Assembly (NCBI GenBank): GCA_043800345.1
Contig: JAZDNB010000009.1
Coordinates: forward strand, 27,340 to 91,339
From: Candidatus Omnitrophota bacterium
GTDB lineage: Bacteria > Omnitrophota > Gorgyraeia > VGKN01
Direction of reading: 5' to 3'
DNA: 64,000 nucleotides
Numbering within the stretch: position 1 is the first letter of the stretch; every line of letters begins with the position of its first letter. Below are positions 15,201 to 30,200 of this stretch, piece by piece. A program made the position numbers and the translations under genes. The notes below the pieces were generated by a model that worked only from the letters and a program-made list of their open reading frames with translations, did no database searches and was not told where the DNA came from.

Positions 15201-18200
15201 ACAAGCCATCCTTTCTGGGGCAGGGCAATAGGATTTATGGTAGAGCATTATATTCCCGTAAGAGATCCTCGATATGTGGGCAGGCCCATCCAGGAACTTT
15301 ACCTCATCCTTCAGGAAACCATTAACACGTTATTTACCGAATACCATTACAAACAAGACGGACAGTATGAAGATAGCTATAAAGAAGTCAAGGCAAGAGC
15401 CAGAGAAAACGCTCTGCTTGCAGTAGGGATTATCCGTCCGATACTGAATGAAGTTTTTCAAAACGGCCCTCAAGTGGTTATCGGCGAAGATGAAAATCTG
15501 CGGCGTATCGTTACAAGTTTAGAAAATCAAAAACGGCATCTTACAGAACTTGACTATCAGGAATATATCGCACTTGCGCCTGAAGAAAGAAAATCAAGGG
15601 AGCCGGTTATCACCCGCATGGTCGAAGAAGAACGCAGCAAAAAAATGCATTGGCTTGCGTGGCCTGGACAGAATGAGTTCATCCATGAATTATTTATGGT
15701 GCGTGCTGAAGTATTAATCGGCGAAGATGCAAATTTGCACCACAGGTTTGCAAACTTAATAAGACAGAAACGGCGTCTTGCAGAACTTGCCTATCAGGAA
15801 TATATCGCACTTGCGCCTGAAGAAAGAAAATCAAGGGAGCCGGTTATCACCCGTATGGTCGAAGAAGAACGTAGCAGAAAAATACTTTGGTTTGCCTGGC
15901 CGGGACAGAATAAATTTATCCATGAATTATTTATGCTGCGCGCCGAACTGGAGACAGTGTATCTGTTAGCAATTGCCGGCAATACGATGGATTTTGGAGA
16001 CCAAAAGTTTGTCGCGCGCATTGAACAGGCACAGAAAGAAGGAAAAAGCAGTTTTGACTTTCTGCTTGAAGATGTGGTGAAGATATTTGAAGACGGCCTG
16101 AGTGCTCCTCATAACGTGGATGAAATGTTGGCAGATTTAGTAAAAGGAAGAAACCTCTTAGGAGCCAGACAAAAAAGAATGGGTGACGATTTTTCAGATG
16201 AATATCGTCCGAAGATTACCGTCCTATACGATAATGCGGGAGAGGATATACTGGAATTACTGCACGTTGAATTTTTATTACGATTAGGATTTAACGTGAA
16301 TATGGCAGGAAGGGCACTTCCCGTAATAAACGATGCTACGGCCGATGAATTACGAGATATAGTTACCTGTGTATCATTCCCCGACTATATGGACCGCGTG
16401 GACAAGGCCCGGAAAGCGCTGGGGATTAAAAATGACGCTGCCTGGCGCCAGCTTACACGGCTCAGAGGCGACTTCAACGTGAATTTTAGGATAAGACAAA
16501 GATGTAAGGCATTATCAAGCGGCTCTCGTCTCTACGGAACCGTTCCTGCGCAAATGAGCGAGGAATGCAAAAAAGAAATAGCAGAGTCCTTTATGGTTAT
16601 CGGTTTTGGCCAGGGGAATTTTGAAAGCGTATGGCCGGTATTATGGACACGGCCGTTTTATCATGTCCTGATGCTTAAGACCGCGGCACGGCTTGGAAAG
16701 ACGTTTTCCGACCATTTTAAGGATATGAGCAGGATTATCCTCTGCAATCCGGCGACAAACCGCGAAGAAGAAGAAAAGGCGGAGCAACAGCTGGCGGTAT
16801 CGGCAGGAGGTCTGAAGGCGTTAAATGCCGACGATCCAAGAGTTATAGCCGTGCTTAACGCAATGCGTGCCCACTTCGGAGAAAGGCTTCCAAGCTCGTT
16901 ATCCAATATATTTATCAGGGTCGAAAATTTTATTCCCGGCGGTGTAGTTGGCGAGACGCAGATAGCTATGGCGGCAGAGCGGGCAGTAAAGAAGATGTTC
17001 GGCAAAAACGTGCTTATCGGCCCTGACGAAGAGCAGCTTAGGCTCTTAGGGCAGGCGGGCAATGAAGATATGTGGTTTGTGGTGCTGAGCGGTAAGTACT
17101 TATATATAGGAGATAATACCCACATAGGACCGAATTCCATAGTGGATAATAGCCGGCTTGGCGCTAATTGTCTCGTGGTAGATTCAATGCTGGATAATAC
17201 CTCGCTAAGCGCCGGTACGACCGCAAGGCGTTTAATAAACCGCAGGGGGATTTTATCAAGAGGCCTGAAACTTGAAGATTATGGGGAGATTATGGAGCAT
17301 GGCAGCATTGAGCCGCTCTCGGCAAGAAAGGTGTTTCTGCGCGAGTTACGCAAAAAAGGAGTTACGATAATTGCCCCCTGGCTTACCTATATTGATTCCT
17401 CTGTCACCGCAGATCAGATAGAAGAAGGCGTAGTGCTGCTTCCCGGCGTAGTTATCAGGCAGGATGATGAGGCCAAAGGAAGCGTCCGCATAGGAAAGGG
17501 ATGCGTTCTTGGTTTGGGCGCAAAGATAACAAATACCGTTATAGAATCTTCCGTAGAAAGGCCTACCGAGGTTATTTCCTCATCATTAATGGATTGCCAT
17601 GTTGGAAGCGGTATTAAGATGACATTGGAAGAGCTAGAAAGAGAATCGATCGTTTCCGGCACTTTAAAACCACAGGAAGAACAATTACCGGTCGGATTAT
17701 TATTTGATGAACAGGGTAGCATAACAGGAAGACGTTACAGGATCAACCCACATTCTGTTTTAGAGACAGTATCTAACGAGGAGTATTACCGCCTAAGCCA
17801 AGCCGCCATGAAGGAATATCGGCAGGACTTAAGAAAAAGGCTTGCCGATAGCAGGGAAAAGGCTGAGGAGCTCGCCAAAGAAAAGGGAAGGCCTGTGACA
17901 GCGCGTAAGAGGAATAATGTAACACGATCAATAGAGTTTGTATTATCGCTTGCGCATCTGCCTCAGATATTGGCAGAGCGGTACGTATATGATTGTTTGT
18001 CAAAGACTACAGCCGTTTCTCCCTTGCAAAGGAGCAAGGAAAGGTATAACCGGGCGGCTTTTTGCGAACATCCCTTTGCAGATGATAATGAGACCACATA
18101 CTATTCATTCTTAAGAAGAGAACTCTATAAGATACCGGATGAATCAAAACGTCTTATATGCGCCTTAAAACTTGTTGCATTGGGTAATTACTTTGACCGG

Positions 18201-21200
18201 GATGAGGTATTAAGGAGCGATGGAAAGTTTGCCCATCTGGTACGCCTTATCAGAGAAGATGGGCTCGAGAAGGCATTAGATGATGAGGATATCAGACGTT
18301 ACTTCAGCGCGACATTTGAAGACTCGCAACAGTTTGTTGACGATTTACTAGCTTCTCAAAAGGGGATAAGGACGATAGATGCAAGGGGCAAGGGAACGGT
18401 TCTTCTGAGCGCAAATGACTGCGGTCTAGAAGCGGCTATGCATATGATTCTTGCAGAAGCGCTGACCGATTGCAACTTTAAAGTCGTTATCACGGCAAAT
18501 AACAGTCCTATGGGGCATGATTTAGACGTACGAGACGTCCATGACTTATTCGGTAAAGACAAAAGCGCGGTAGTAAGGGTTTATGGAAAAGAACAATTGG
18601 TGAGCGAAGAATTGGTGCGCTGTTTCAACGAAGGAAGGGTGAGGGTTATTTCAGACGGTTCCGGCACCCGCGGTATCAATCCTGTCGATGTGAGTAGTGA
18701 TTTATACGATGTTATAATGAATCAGGAAGACGCATTGGCATGGATATTGACAGGCGGTTCAAACCTGTCGAATGTTCTTCCGGTGGGACGTGAAATTCCG
18801 CAGCCGAAACTTTACCTTGCTAACAATGACCGTAAAGTACAGATTGTTGTCGGCAAGGCAAATATGAATGTTGAAGAAGAAAGGGCCCTTATCTATTATC
18901 AGCCATATAAGAAAATCTTAAAAATGGAGAGGGATCTTGAAGAACAGTGGAGCGAAATTAGCGACGAATTAATGATTCAGCCCTCGTTTATGGTATGGAC
19001 GAGAGAATGGCACGATGAGAGAAAAGTGCCCCAATTTGCAAAAAATGCTACCTCTAAGATAAAGGAAGCGTTGAGATTTCTTGAAACAAAAGATGAATCG
19101 CTGATCCGCCGAGCACGGTTGCTTGAAGTTGAACTGGTAGAATCGGGCCCGCATATAAAAACTAGATTCCGCAGTAGTTTTGATAAGGTATTTTTTGTCA
19201 ATCCTAAGACCGGCACCGTCTATATAGACAAGAAATTTTTTGAATCCGTTATTGTAAGAAAAGACAGCGAGCTTATCCTGGCTACTATTTTAGGCAAAGC
19301 CGCTACTATGGTGCAATCCCTGGAGACCTATGAAAGGGAAAATCACATAATTTCAAAAGAAGCGATTAGCAGTTGCAACAGGCTGAGCGAGACAACGGGA
19401 AAAATGATCTATCTGGAATTTGATAATGTAGTCGATGATTTCTTGGCAACCGAAGAAACGAAAGCGGCAAGAAGCAGAACGGAGCGGTTTATTAATATAT
19501 TACCCGCCCGCATAAGGCCGGCAATATCAAGGAGTTTGGAGCAAATAAATACCCTGTTGCTTAAGGCCCTGGACGGGATTCACAAACGGCTCTGCGAGAT
19601 AGTGTTTAACCAAGCGCATCTCTCAAGATTGACAAATGACCTTGAGTTGGTTGCCGATGCGATTAAAGTAAAAGATCTGCGTAACAAGCGCATAAAAAAT
19701 ATCCTTAATGGTCTCGGCGGCTCGTTTGTGCGTTTTAGCACTCTTCGTATGATATATAGGGTTTTGATGTTTGGTAATTATCTTACCTATCGCGGCATAG
19801 GCAGAAACGGAGAGGTAAGAAGCGTAGCGCTTAACCATATAAGCAGCCATGGCGTTTACAATTTCTTACGGGTCATCGATGATTTTCAGAGGGGCAGAAA
19901 CGTTAATTTGGGAGAGCTTAGTGTATATGTCCAAAATTACTCAGAATTATTAAAAGATATCCGCAGCCACCTTGAGTATTTACAAACCGTACATAAACGC
20001 TTAGCGGCTATACCATCCGTAGAATACAGAAACGGTATTCATATAACCTATGAACGTTGGGCAGGAGGAAGTATTTATGAATTTGTCATCAATAACGAAA
20101 ATATATCCATAGGGGAAGTCGTAAAAGTCATAGAAGAAATCGCCTCAGAACAGTCGCATGAGCCCCGGACTCTGGAACCCGTAGGCGTGGTGAGAGAAAT
20201 GCCGACATTCAGGTTGCTTGGCAGGCCCGGCGTAATCGGCGGCTTCTTTAGAGTTCGTGGAGGAAAAATAGATGCAGGGATACAGCAGGTTATACTTAGT
20301 CAGCAGTCAGAGCGTCGCACAAAAGCCCAGGCGTATTTCCCAAAAAGAGAGGTTACCTACGGATATATTGCCCCTGAGGCATTGCATCCTCTTGCGGCTA
20401 CATTTATACAGATGAGAGAATTTTCTGATGACGCTGAGGGGTACAACGAGGCAGAGGATTTTGTAAACGCAATTACAAAAGCAAAAACCCCGAAGGATAT
20501 TCTCTATGCAGCATTTTTCCAGGCAATGACGCCTCACAAACCAAGGGAATTTTCACATAAAAAAACGAAATATATCTTGGACCTTGACCTTATTGAAATC
20601 TTAGGCGAGGTCTTATTCATTCTTGGGCAGTTCAAGGAAAGCGATTTTCCTGAAGGCAGTTACCTATATTGGCATGAGGCTATGAGGGCGCTGAAGGCCT
20701 CAATGCTTTCTCAGGAGGTTGCCTCGCACCAGGTGAGGTTAGATCCAATGGTGAAAGAAGTCGTTATAGATTTATTTAGCAAAATTAAAAAAGCAAACCT
20801 TCATAACCATCTTAGCGGATCGGTACGGCCTGAGCTACTGCTCATTACCCTCTTAAAAAGCTATAAGGCGCGCGAGAGATTTGTAGAAGTGATAGTTGTA
20901 AACGACGAGCAGGTCTACCGCAATAAAAGGAAATATAAGACATTGCAGGAGGCATACGAAGAAGACAAAACTCAGGATCCCCGCATAGAGGCGCTGAGTT
21001 TTAATGAATGGGTTGACCTTAAATTCCGCAGGGCATTTGAACTTCCTTCCGATTCAATGAAGATATTAAGTTCATTCATTTCGCAATATTCTGATACCTA
21101 CGGTTTTGACTGTCTCAGAGAGCTTGATATAAGAGAGCTTCTTAAGTCAGAGCCCGTACTTGTAGAACAATGGCAAAACGCAGTGCGCCATATGTGGTCT

Positions 21201-24200
21201 TTTATAGAGTATAAACCTTTTGAGGCGAGAAATGAAATTGACCTCATGGGATATTTTTATAAGCTTGAGCCTGTCTATTGCGTGCTTAAGAGCGACATCG
21301 GAAACGAGGCCACCCGTCTCTTTGTAAAAGATTTAGCCATAGACCTTTTTACCAAAGACGGGGTTAGAGTTTTTGAGCTTATGACCGCAGGTTCCTCCCA
21401 GACCGCGGTTATGGAAACGGGCGGTGTTATACGTCAAAAAAGCAGAGAAGCTATAGCCATAGAACTTGAAAATAAACTTGTCCCTACGCTTGAAGGATTA
21501 ATAGAGGCGGAAAAAGAACTTAACGGAAAGCTTGCCACGGGACTGCAGGTTCTTTTGCTCAAGGAGGACTATAGAAATTTGGGTGTTGAAAAAATGCGAA
21601 TAGAACAAGAAGCGCTCAGTCGTGCCGGAGATTTAAGCGGCGAAGATATTATTAAATATATATTAGGCCCATACAGACAGAGAACAGGCGTGACTAATGA
21701 AGATTTAGAACTTACTCTGGGAACAAGGGTTTTTAACAGAATGAGGAATGCCATGGGGACCGGAGGGGTGACCAGGCAGATAGCCGATGAAATAGGGCCA
21801 GAGGCACTCCAGAGGATATATGTACGTCTTGAAGTCCTGGCAAGGGTTCAGGAGGTTATCGACGCCCAGGTTGACGGTATTATTGCATTAAAAGAAAGAT
21901 GGCAGACTGAAAAGCCGGAATATGCCCAGCGTTTAGTATCTATTGGTACTGCGGGAGAGGAAATTGATTTTGTCTCTTGGACCCACAGAAGGGCGCTGCG
22001 CAAAGCCTCTCAATATGGTTTTAAAATTACCGCGCATGCTGGTGAAGAAATAAGAGATCCGATTGCGTCGGTGGAAAGGGTTAAGTATGTTGCCAAATCC
22101 GTGGATGACGGCGGCTATCAGGCAAACAGGGTTGACCATGCCACTATTATTTCGGTCCATCCGGAAAGACTGCAGGGTTTCCGTTCTCCCAGAGAGCTAT
22201 TTGAGTTGCGCCAAAAACAAATAGAAGCTACCCAGCTTTTGGTGCAGATGGGGGTTCCCGTTACCAAATGCCTGGTAAGTAACCGTTGGATAAGCAAAGT
22301 ACTCCTGGGGGATGATGAGATGCAAATACACTTTTTGTTAAAGATTATGCCTTCCTTGATTGTCCTCTCCCCGGACAACCGCCAAGTATTCGGCAGGGTT
22401 GATGGTGTATCGGAAGAGCTAATCCGCGCCGATACCTCTCCGACGCTTGAAGAGTTATGGGAGTATAATTGCAATATTCGCTACGGAGAATTGTTGACTA
22501 TTGTCGATAATGGTTTTCGGTCTACATTTGTCCAGCCGGAACGGGTGCAAAGCGTATTAGCTTCTGAGCCCGAAGAAACGTCCCGGCTAGCCGCTACCTC
22601 CGGTGCCGAAGAAGAAGCCATAGGCCCAGAGGAAGGGTTTACCGCGAAATCCCTTATAAGCATGTTTATCGGCATTGGCTTAGGCGCACTGCTTGGTATA
22701 GCCTTCCACAGCGTGCTTGCCGGCGGTATTGTCGGTTTTATTTTCTTTAGCCAGATACTTTCAATAATTATAGCGACTTCAAGGTTGAAACATCCGGTTC
22801 TTATAGAGGATGGTAACGTAAAAGCACTCAAAGAAAGACCTGCGCTTTCCAATTTCTTTAAGCTCGCAGGACATACCGCCGATACCGTATATATTAACCC
22901 TTACCTTCCGGAATTCTTCCAGAGATGGTACCTGTTCCACGAGCAGAATGAACAATTGCTGGAAAAAAGACTGCCCAAGCCCATTACGGAACTCATCGCA
23001 ACCGCCTTAGATGTCAGCTATATTCCTATCTCCGTAGGTAGTCTTATGCTTCAGAAGGCAAAGAGTATCCAGGCAAGAATACCCTCCGGTATTTTTGTAT
23101 GGAAAAAAACGGAAGCGTTTCCTTCCGTCCCAGTATCGTCAGGTCTTGATGAGCAGGTATTTGTAAGCGAAGCATCAAGGAGGGAAATCGTCTTTTTTGG
23201 CTCAGGATACATAGGTTTAGTTGCCGCCGCCTGTCTTGCGGATAAGGGGCACAACGTGACGCTTATCGATGTCAACGAAGATACGATTAGCAAATTGCAA
23301 AAAGGCGAGATCCATATTTATGAGCCCGGGCTTAAAGACCTAATAGCAAGAAATAAAGAACGGTTACACTTTGTGTTAAATAGAGCGGGTACCGATACCC
23401 CCGAAGCAGTAGCTGCCACAGAGAGAGCCGATATTATTTATACCTGTGTCGGAACGCCCCAGTCCGACGACGGTTCGGCAAATCTGACATACGTGAAAGA
23501 AGTCGCTACTACGCTTGGAAAGGTCCTTAAAAACGTCTCACGCGATAAGATAATCATCATGAAGTCCACGGTTCCCATAGGGACAACGGAAGGCGAGAAT
23601 TTCGGGGAGGTTATCTATTCCATTGTAGATGAACAATCGCGGAAGTTTATCCATCTTGTAGATAATCCTGAATTTACACGGGAAGGCCAGGCGGTTTCTG
23701 ATTTTATGAAACCGGATAGAACCGTGATAGGAATAAAAGAAGCCGATGCATATGCGCAAGCAGAGATGCGCCTTTTTTATTCGGCTTTCGAAGGCAAAGG
23801 ATACGGAGAATTCCTGCTCACCGACGTGCGGAGCGCAGAACTTATAAAATACGGTTCAAACGGTTTTCTCGCCCTCAAAATTTCATTTATCAACGAACTT
23901 TCTATTCTTGCCGAAAGGTTCGGATTCGATATAAAGATAATAGCCGATCATATCGGAAAAGACCGTCGCATCGGCAGGGCATTCTTAAATGCCTCCCTGG
24001 GTTTCGGCGGTTCGTGTTTCCCGAAAGATGTCCAGGCATTCTGCCATACCGTTGAGATGGCGGGGGTAAGCGATGAAATACCGCATCAGGTAATAGATGT
24101 AAACGAACGACAGAAGAAACGGTTTGTAAAAAGAATCGCCGATTCCTTAAGGAAAGTTGGCGCGCAGGGTCCGGTGACTGTTTCTGTCTGGGGGCTCGCG

Positions 24201-27200
24201 TTTAAGGATAACACCGACGATATACGGGAATCCTCTTCCCTGTATATCATAAGGGATCTTATTGAATCCGCCAAAGCAGCCGGTATTGATATAACAATCA
24301 GGGCCTATGACCCTAACCCGGGCGCATGTCATAATACGAGCTCAAGAACTATAGCCCAGGGAGGGCTTAAAGAACTTATCGACGAAGGAAGCGTCATAAT
24401 ATGCGACAATATCGAAGAGTCGCTTGAAGGCTCTTATGCGATGGTAATTGCCACGGAATGGAAGAATTGGTCAAGGCAGACAGGCAGACCTTTTGGCTTA
24501 AATGATAAGAAAAATCTAAGATACATAGAGGGACGTTTAAAAGGCAGGCTGATATTTGACGGAAGAAACCTCATCGACAAACCGGCACTGCTGGGGACAG
24601 GTCTTACCTATCACTCTGTAGGTCGGCCCGTCTATTACGGCAATTACATTAAAAATTTTATAAGCTCGTTCATAAATCTTTTTAGGCAATGCACCTTCTA
24701 TGGATATGTAATATACTATTGCCTCTCGACCCCCGGATATCGCAGGTTATTATTCAAGAAGGAAGGTCTTGGCTTTACCCTTTGGGAACTTGGCAGACTT
24801 TCAGCGCTTTATTTGAAAGCAACCTTTGCCTATATCATATATGAAGTTGCCGAGAATAAAGGAGCAAACGGCGACGAAGTGCTTAAGGGAATGGGTTATG
24901 ACAGGCGTATCGGCCCCGAATATTTTAAACCAACTCCGGGTAGAGGAGGCCCCTATCTGCCCACGGCAACGAAACTCCTGGTCCAGATAGGAGAAGATTT
25001 CCTCAAACGAGAAGACATTCCCGACGTTACCGATAAACAAAAGCAGCTTCGAGCCAGGGTAAGAAATCTGGAGTTATTAGCAAGCATCGATAAGGCCAAT
25101 GAAGGCCAGGTTATCAAGGTTATGGCGCGCTTAAGAACAGCCCTCGGCGTTGAAAAGGTTGCCGGCGGAAATATAGCCGTATTAGGTACCGCTTATAAAG
25201 GCGCGGCATCTTCTATAGAAGGTTCTGTCGCCATGCGCATTATCACAGACCACCTTGCCTATTGTAGTAGTATAGTAGTATTTGAGCCTGATCCCGAAGC
25301 AAGGGCCAGGGCAAAGAAGATGCTTAAAAATTCCACCAATGTCATTTTTGCCGAAAACATGGATGACTTAAAGAACAAGGCAAGGGGGGTCGGCGGGTTA
25401 GATGCACTCTTAATTCTCACTGATAATGAGGAATTTAAATTGCTCGATACCTCCGGTATTAGAAAGCGTACCGCCAAGATGGTCGTATATGATACCTGTA
25501 ATGTGACAGATCCGGCGAATTTTACGGACAAACCCCATGTTATTTATATCAGAACGGGAAGACCCATGTTTATGGGAATGGAAGTGCTTCCAAGAAACGG
25601 AAACAGAGGCTCGCCTGTTTTGGCGCGAGCAGCCGAAACCCAGCACTCTCTCTTGGTGTCAACCCTCTATAATAACTTTAATTCTGCCGGCACGATTATC
25701 ACACGGATTGTATGGGGCGTGCTGTGGCTTACTGCATTAGTGACAGTCGGGATAAGCCATGAGTTTACCCATATGATATCCGCCCTTAGCCTGTCCCTGA
25801 AAGTAACAAGAAAACGCGAATTCTACAAAGGCAATATTTCGATTGACGGACCTCCCCAAAGGGTTAATATTGCAAAGGCCCTTGCCCCGCTTGCCGGACC
25901 GTTTATCATCCCGCTTTTCCTAACCGCCGTTTCTTTACTGTTAAATGTTCAAATCGACATACCCAATTGGATAAAAATCCTCTACTTAGGTTTTAGCGTA
26001 GTATCTTTCATATATGACCTGTCGTCCGAAGGAGACCTTGCCGAACTATACCGTCCCCTTAAAGGGAGAGTTCAGAATTTCGCCTCAAAGTTATTCGGGG
26101 CCGATGCGAGCCTATTACCAAAAAAGATAGGATTAGCCGTAGTTATTTTCGGAACTATAGGCCTGCTTAATATTGTTTTAATGTGTATTTTTCTCCCATA
26201 TCCCGATGTATTACTTATTCTCTGGGGTAATTTTGGTTTTGGTGTTTTGCTGTTCATTTTTGCAATATTGGGATGGCTGGATACTCTATCCGAACGCATA
26301 GAAAAATTCTATTACATGCATCTATGGCAAAAAGCGCTCCCCTCATACTATACACACGAGGCTTGGAAGGTGGCAAAGGAAAACAGGGTTATTTTCCCAT
26401 ATCTACACGGAGAGGGAAGCAGGGTATCGGAACCGAATACGTACAAATATTTTACCCTTTTCAAATTCGGCGATCCTGAGGCAATAAGAGAATATTCGGA
26501 ATATATGGCGAGCCATATTCGCTATGACATTTCGTCGGATATAGAACCGGAAGAATCAGAATATTATGATTTTTTTGACCCCGAAAAATGGGTTGTATTA
26601 TCCAAGGTTCACCCGGTTCCACCATTACACTCGACACAAATGCTCGGACGTTTATTAGCAGAACGCCTTAAAGTTAAACTCGTAAGCCTGAACGAGCGCA
26701 GTTCTTTCGGAAACTACTCTAAACTTTCACTGGATGAGCGAGAAAAAGTAGTTTATGGGAATTTGGTTGTAGAAAATCCAGAAGAAGTGCGCGGTAAAAA
26801 TGTCATCATATATGACGATGTGAGTATAAGCGGTTTTACCCTGATGGAAATGGCCCGTGCGGCATTTGCGGCAGGCGCCAGGTCCGTAAGAGCCTATACG
26901 ATGTTTGATCCGAAAAATGACCCGAAGTTTGAAATAGGGGCATATAGATATCTGATGTATGAACATCCTGAACTTGTACTACCTATTTTGCAGAGCGATA
27001 TGTCCATAGCGCAGACAGCCATAAAATATCTGATGCGTTTTGCAAGCGAATCGCCCGATGCCTTTGAAAATTTGATGAGACAGGTGAAAGATGAGCGACT
27101 CAGAGAAATTTTAGATCTCGTTACGTCATACCTGCAAATTACATCAAAGGAAGATACGCTTAATCCTACCCCACTCTTTAACATCATTACATCGTTACTT

Positions 27201-30200
27201 CCTGCTCGTGCCTATGCAGAGCGTCCGGACTCCGAGGTTAAACCTGTCGAGATAGGTTTTGCTGTTACCGTTGATAGAGATGGCAAAACAGAAGTGGATC
27301 ATTCTTTAAATGCAAATGCAATCTTTTCTACGCCTGAGATAATAGAACAAGTCGGTGCTCATTTAGCAAAAGCCGTTGATGATAGTATCGACATAAGCAG
27401 GTTTACGCCAGGTGCATATCCGGCCGGGCTCCATATAGTTGCGCCTAATCGTTCCGGAATGCTGACTGCAATAGCATTAGAGAGACAGTTAGGGTGTTCC
27501 CTGCACCGTTTTGATGAAGATTTTCCATGGTTAAAAAAGGGCGATGCAATAATCATAGCTATAGATAAGCCAACCCGGGAACTTCTTAAGATATTAAAAA
27601 TATGCGAGGCAAAGGGGATTTTTGTAGCAGCGGTTTGTACATTGACAAAAAATAATATCTCTAATGTAGAGAAGTATTTAAAAAGGAAAGGCATTCCTTT
27701 TGTATCTTCACCTCATATTCATACGATGTTCGGGGATTTAAATGTTGATATGCAGGACAGAGAACTCTTAGCACCTTTGTTGACTGGAGAATCTTCTCTC
27801 GGCGAAAGATTACAAGGCCTCAAACAGTTAAAAGACAAATCGTTGCGGGGGACATTGCCAAATGAATTTTGCGATTCCATGTTAACCGCCATGGAGGACT
27901 GGCCGAGTCCTTCGCTTGCGGTATTATACGCTTATCAGATGGGCTATAACTACATTACTTTTACTGATAGGCGGGATATAACGCCTGAAGCAACCAAAGA
28001 GGCGCTCGAGGCCGCGCGAATACTGAAAATTTCCGTATGCAGTCCGTATTATACGACGCTTAAAAGGGCAACGTATTATCCCGAAGAAATTGCTCTGCAA
28101 ACGCAATTGCTTAGCGCCATCCCTGAACTTGATATGTTTCAGAGAAAGGTAAAAGAGTCCCGCGGGGTTCTAAAGAGAGGAATAGAGCACTTAAATAAAG
28201 ACGGTATCACGAGTCCTGATCCATACCTGGCATTATCGGCGCAATATTCAAGACAGATCGAAGAGATTGTGCAAGCCTTATGTCCGGTAGTGCTTGAACA
28301 TTTAAGAAGAACTATCCCCGGATTCAAATTAACAGAACAGGATTTTGCACTCTGCATAGGCGGTTCTGCCGCAGGAAGAACAGCTACATTAGCATCAGAT
28401 TTAGAGGTTGATTTTATTGCACGAGACGAAAAGAGCGCAGATGCCGTTACGGAACATTTTGCACCGCTACTAGCCCAGTGCTTACGAACAATCGGAATTG
28501 AGATAACGCCGCCCGATGACTTATTCCGCGCACAGCTTAGAGAACGCCATCTCATTAAAGTAGATAAGCTATTTGACTATCGGGTTGGGGCGTATTCAGA
28601 GCAGGCAAAAGGTTTAATTCGGGCGTTAAGCTATGAATTTGCGTGGGGCTCAAAAGATGTTTATAGTAATTTTATGGCAAGCGTACCTCCTGAACTTAAA
28701 CCCGATATTCCTCATGACATCATGTCACGTATGACAGAGTTCACCGATGGTTATCTGCGTCTATCCGAAGACGGAGAGGGGGAGTTTGACGGGCGTAATT
28801 TCGTAGTATCTGTTGATAGCGAGCGCGACTTAATAATGAACGTGCAGCGTTCATTAAGAGTATTCCAGATAGGTTTATTTGAGAGCCTGGTAAGGAAGTT
28901 GCCGCAATATCTTATGTCAGGTCTGAATCCATCGCTTACTGAGGATGCAATACCGCGAACTATCCCCGAACTTCTTGTTTTCATGAATGAGAGAGGATTT
29001 TTCGGAGATATTATTCCGCAGCAGGAAATAGAGAAGGTTGTTCTGGCCTGGAAACGTACTATTATGGCGCGCCAGATAAAAGTTGCATTAACAGGTGGGC
29101 TTAATAGTGCAGTCAGCTTAGGACAGTTGCCGCCTACGCTTTTGAATGATTTCGTAATCCTGCACGATTTTATCTTAAGTCATGTGATAACGAGAAGGTC
29201 TATTTTTCAGACTAAGATACAAAGATTATTGGGAGAACTGGCATTTTCCATATTTACACGTCTCATGAGAGATGCAGCGGATACTACTTATGATGAAAAT
29301 AGCAGACATTTTGATATCCGGGGGACTATGCGTCATGCTGTCACGGAACAGTCAAGGCTCTTAGAAGCCGTGCGCTATTTAAGGGAGGCGGCCGCTGCAT
29401 ATGCTGCTGGAGATGCGGAGGCATATGAAAAATCCCTGCGCGCCTACGGCGAATACCAGCGAGCTCTCTATGAAGATTTAAAAATTAATTATAGAAATAC
29501 GGATCCTTCGCTTGAGGTCCTCTGCGAATTCGCTAACAAGCTGCCCAAGGTTCTCGGTGCATCGCATATCCCCGGCTGGGGAGGAAATATCGGTATTTGG
29601 GCAGACGAAAAGGATGTAATCGCAATACGCAGAACAATAACAAACTTTATCCGCTCAGACGGTTATCGTAATGTACTTCAAAAACAATACCCAGATCTTT
29701 CTCCGAAGGAGATAAACGAAAAGGTTATGGCAACCGTTAGGGGAGTTATTATATTTACTCCCGGGCCTGCTGCAAATACCGTGATTGAGGGAGATGTAGA
29801 CAGATTGATAGAAGCCTTAAGGGATCCCAATTCTTCAACAGTTGCTTTATTAAAGAAAATCTACGGAGAAGAAGATACTTACAGGGATGGACAGAAATTC
29901 GCATATTATGAGCTGGCGCGCCAAAGATATCTCAGCTTGCTTGAGGAATTTAAGAGGCTCCATCCTGATGCAAAAAATATTGTCGTATCCCGAAGCGGTG
30001 GCAGGGTTATTTTTGCAGGGACACATTCAGATTATCACTACGGGAGGGTTCTTAATGCACCTACATTATCCGATACTCTGGTTGTGATGGCCATAAATCC
30101 ATTGTCGAATCAGGTTCAGGCAAACACCATGGATGAATTATTCCCGCAAGCCAGTTTTAATCCGGAACGCCTTGATATTATAAACATTCCAAAAGAAGAC

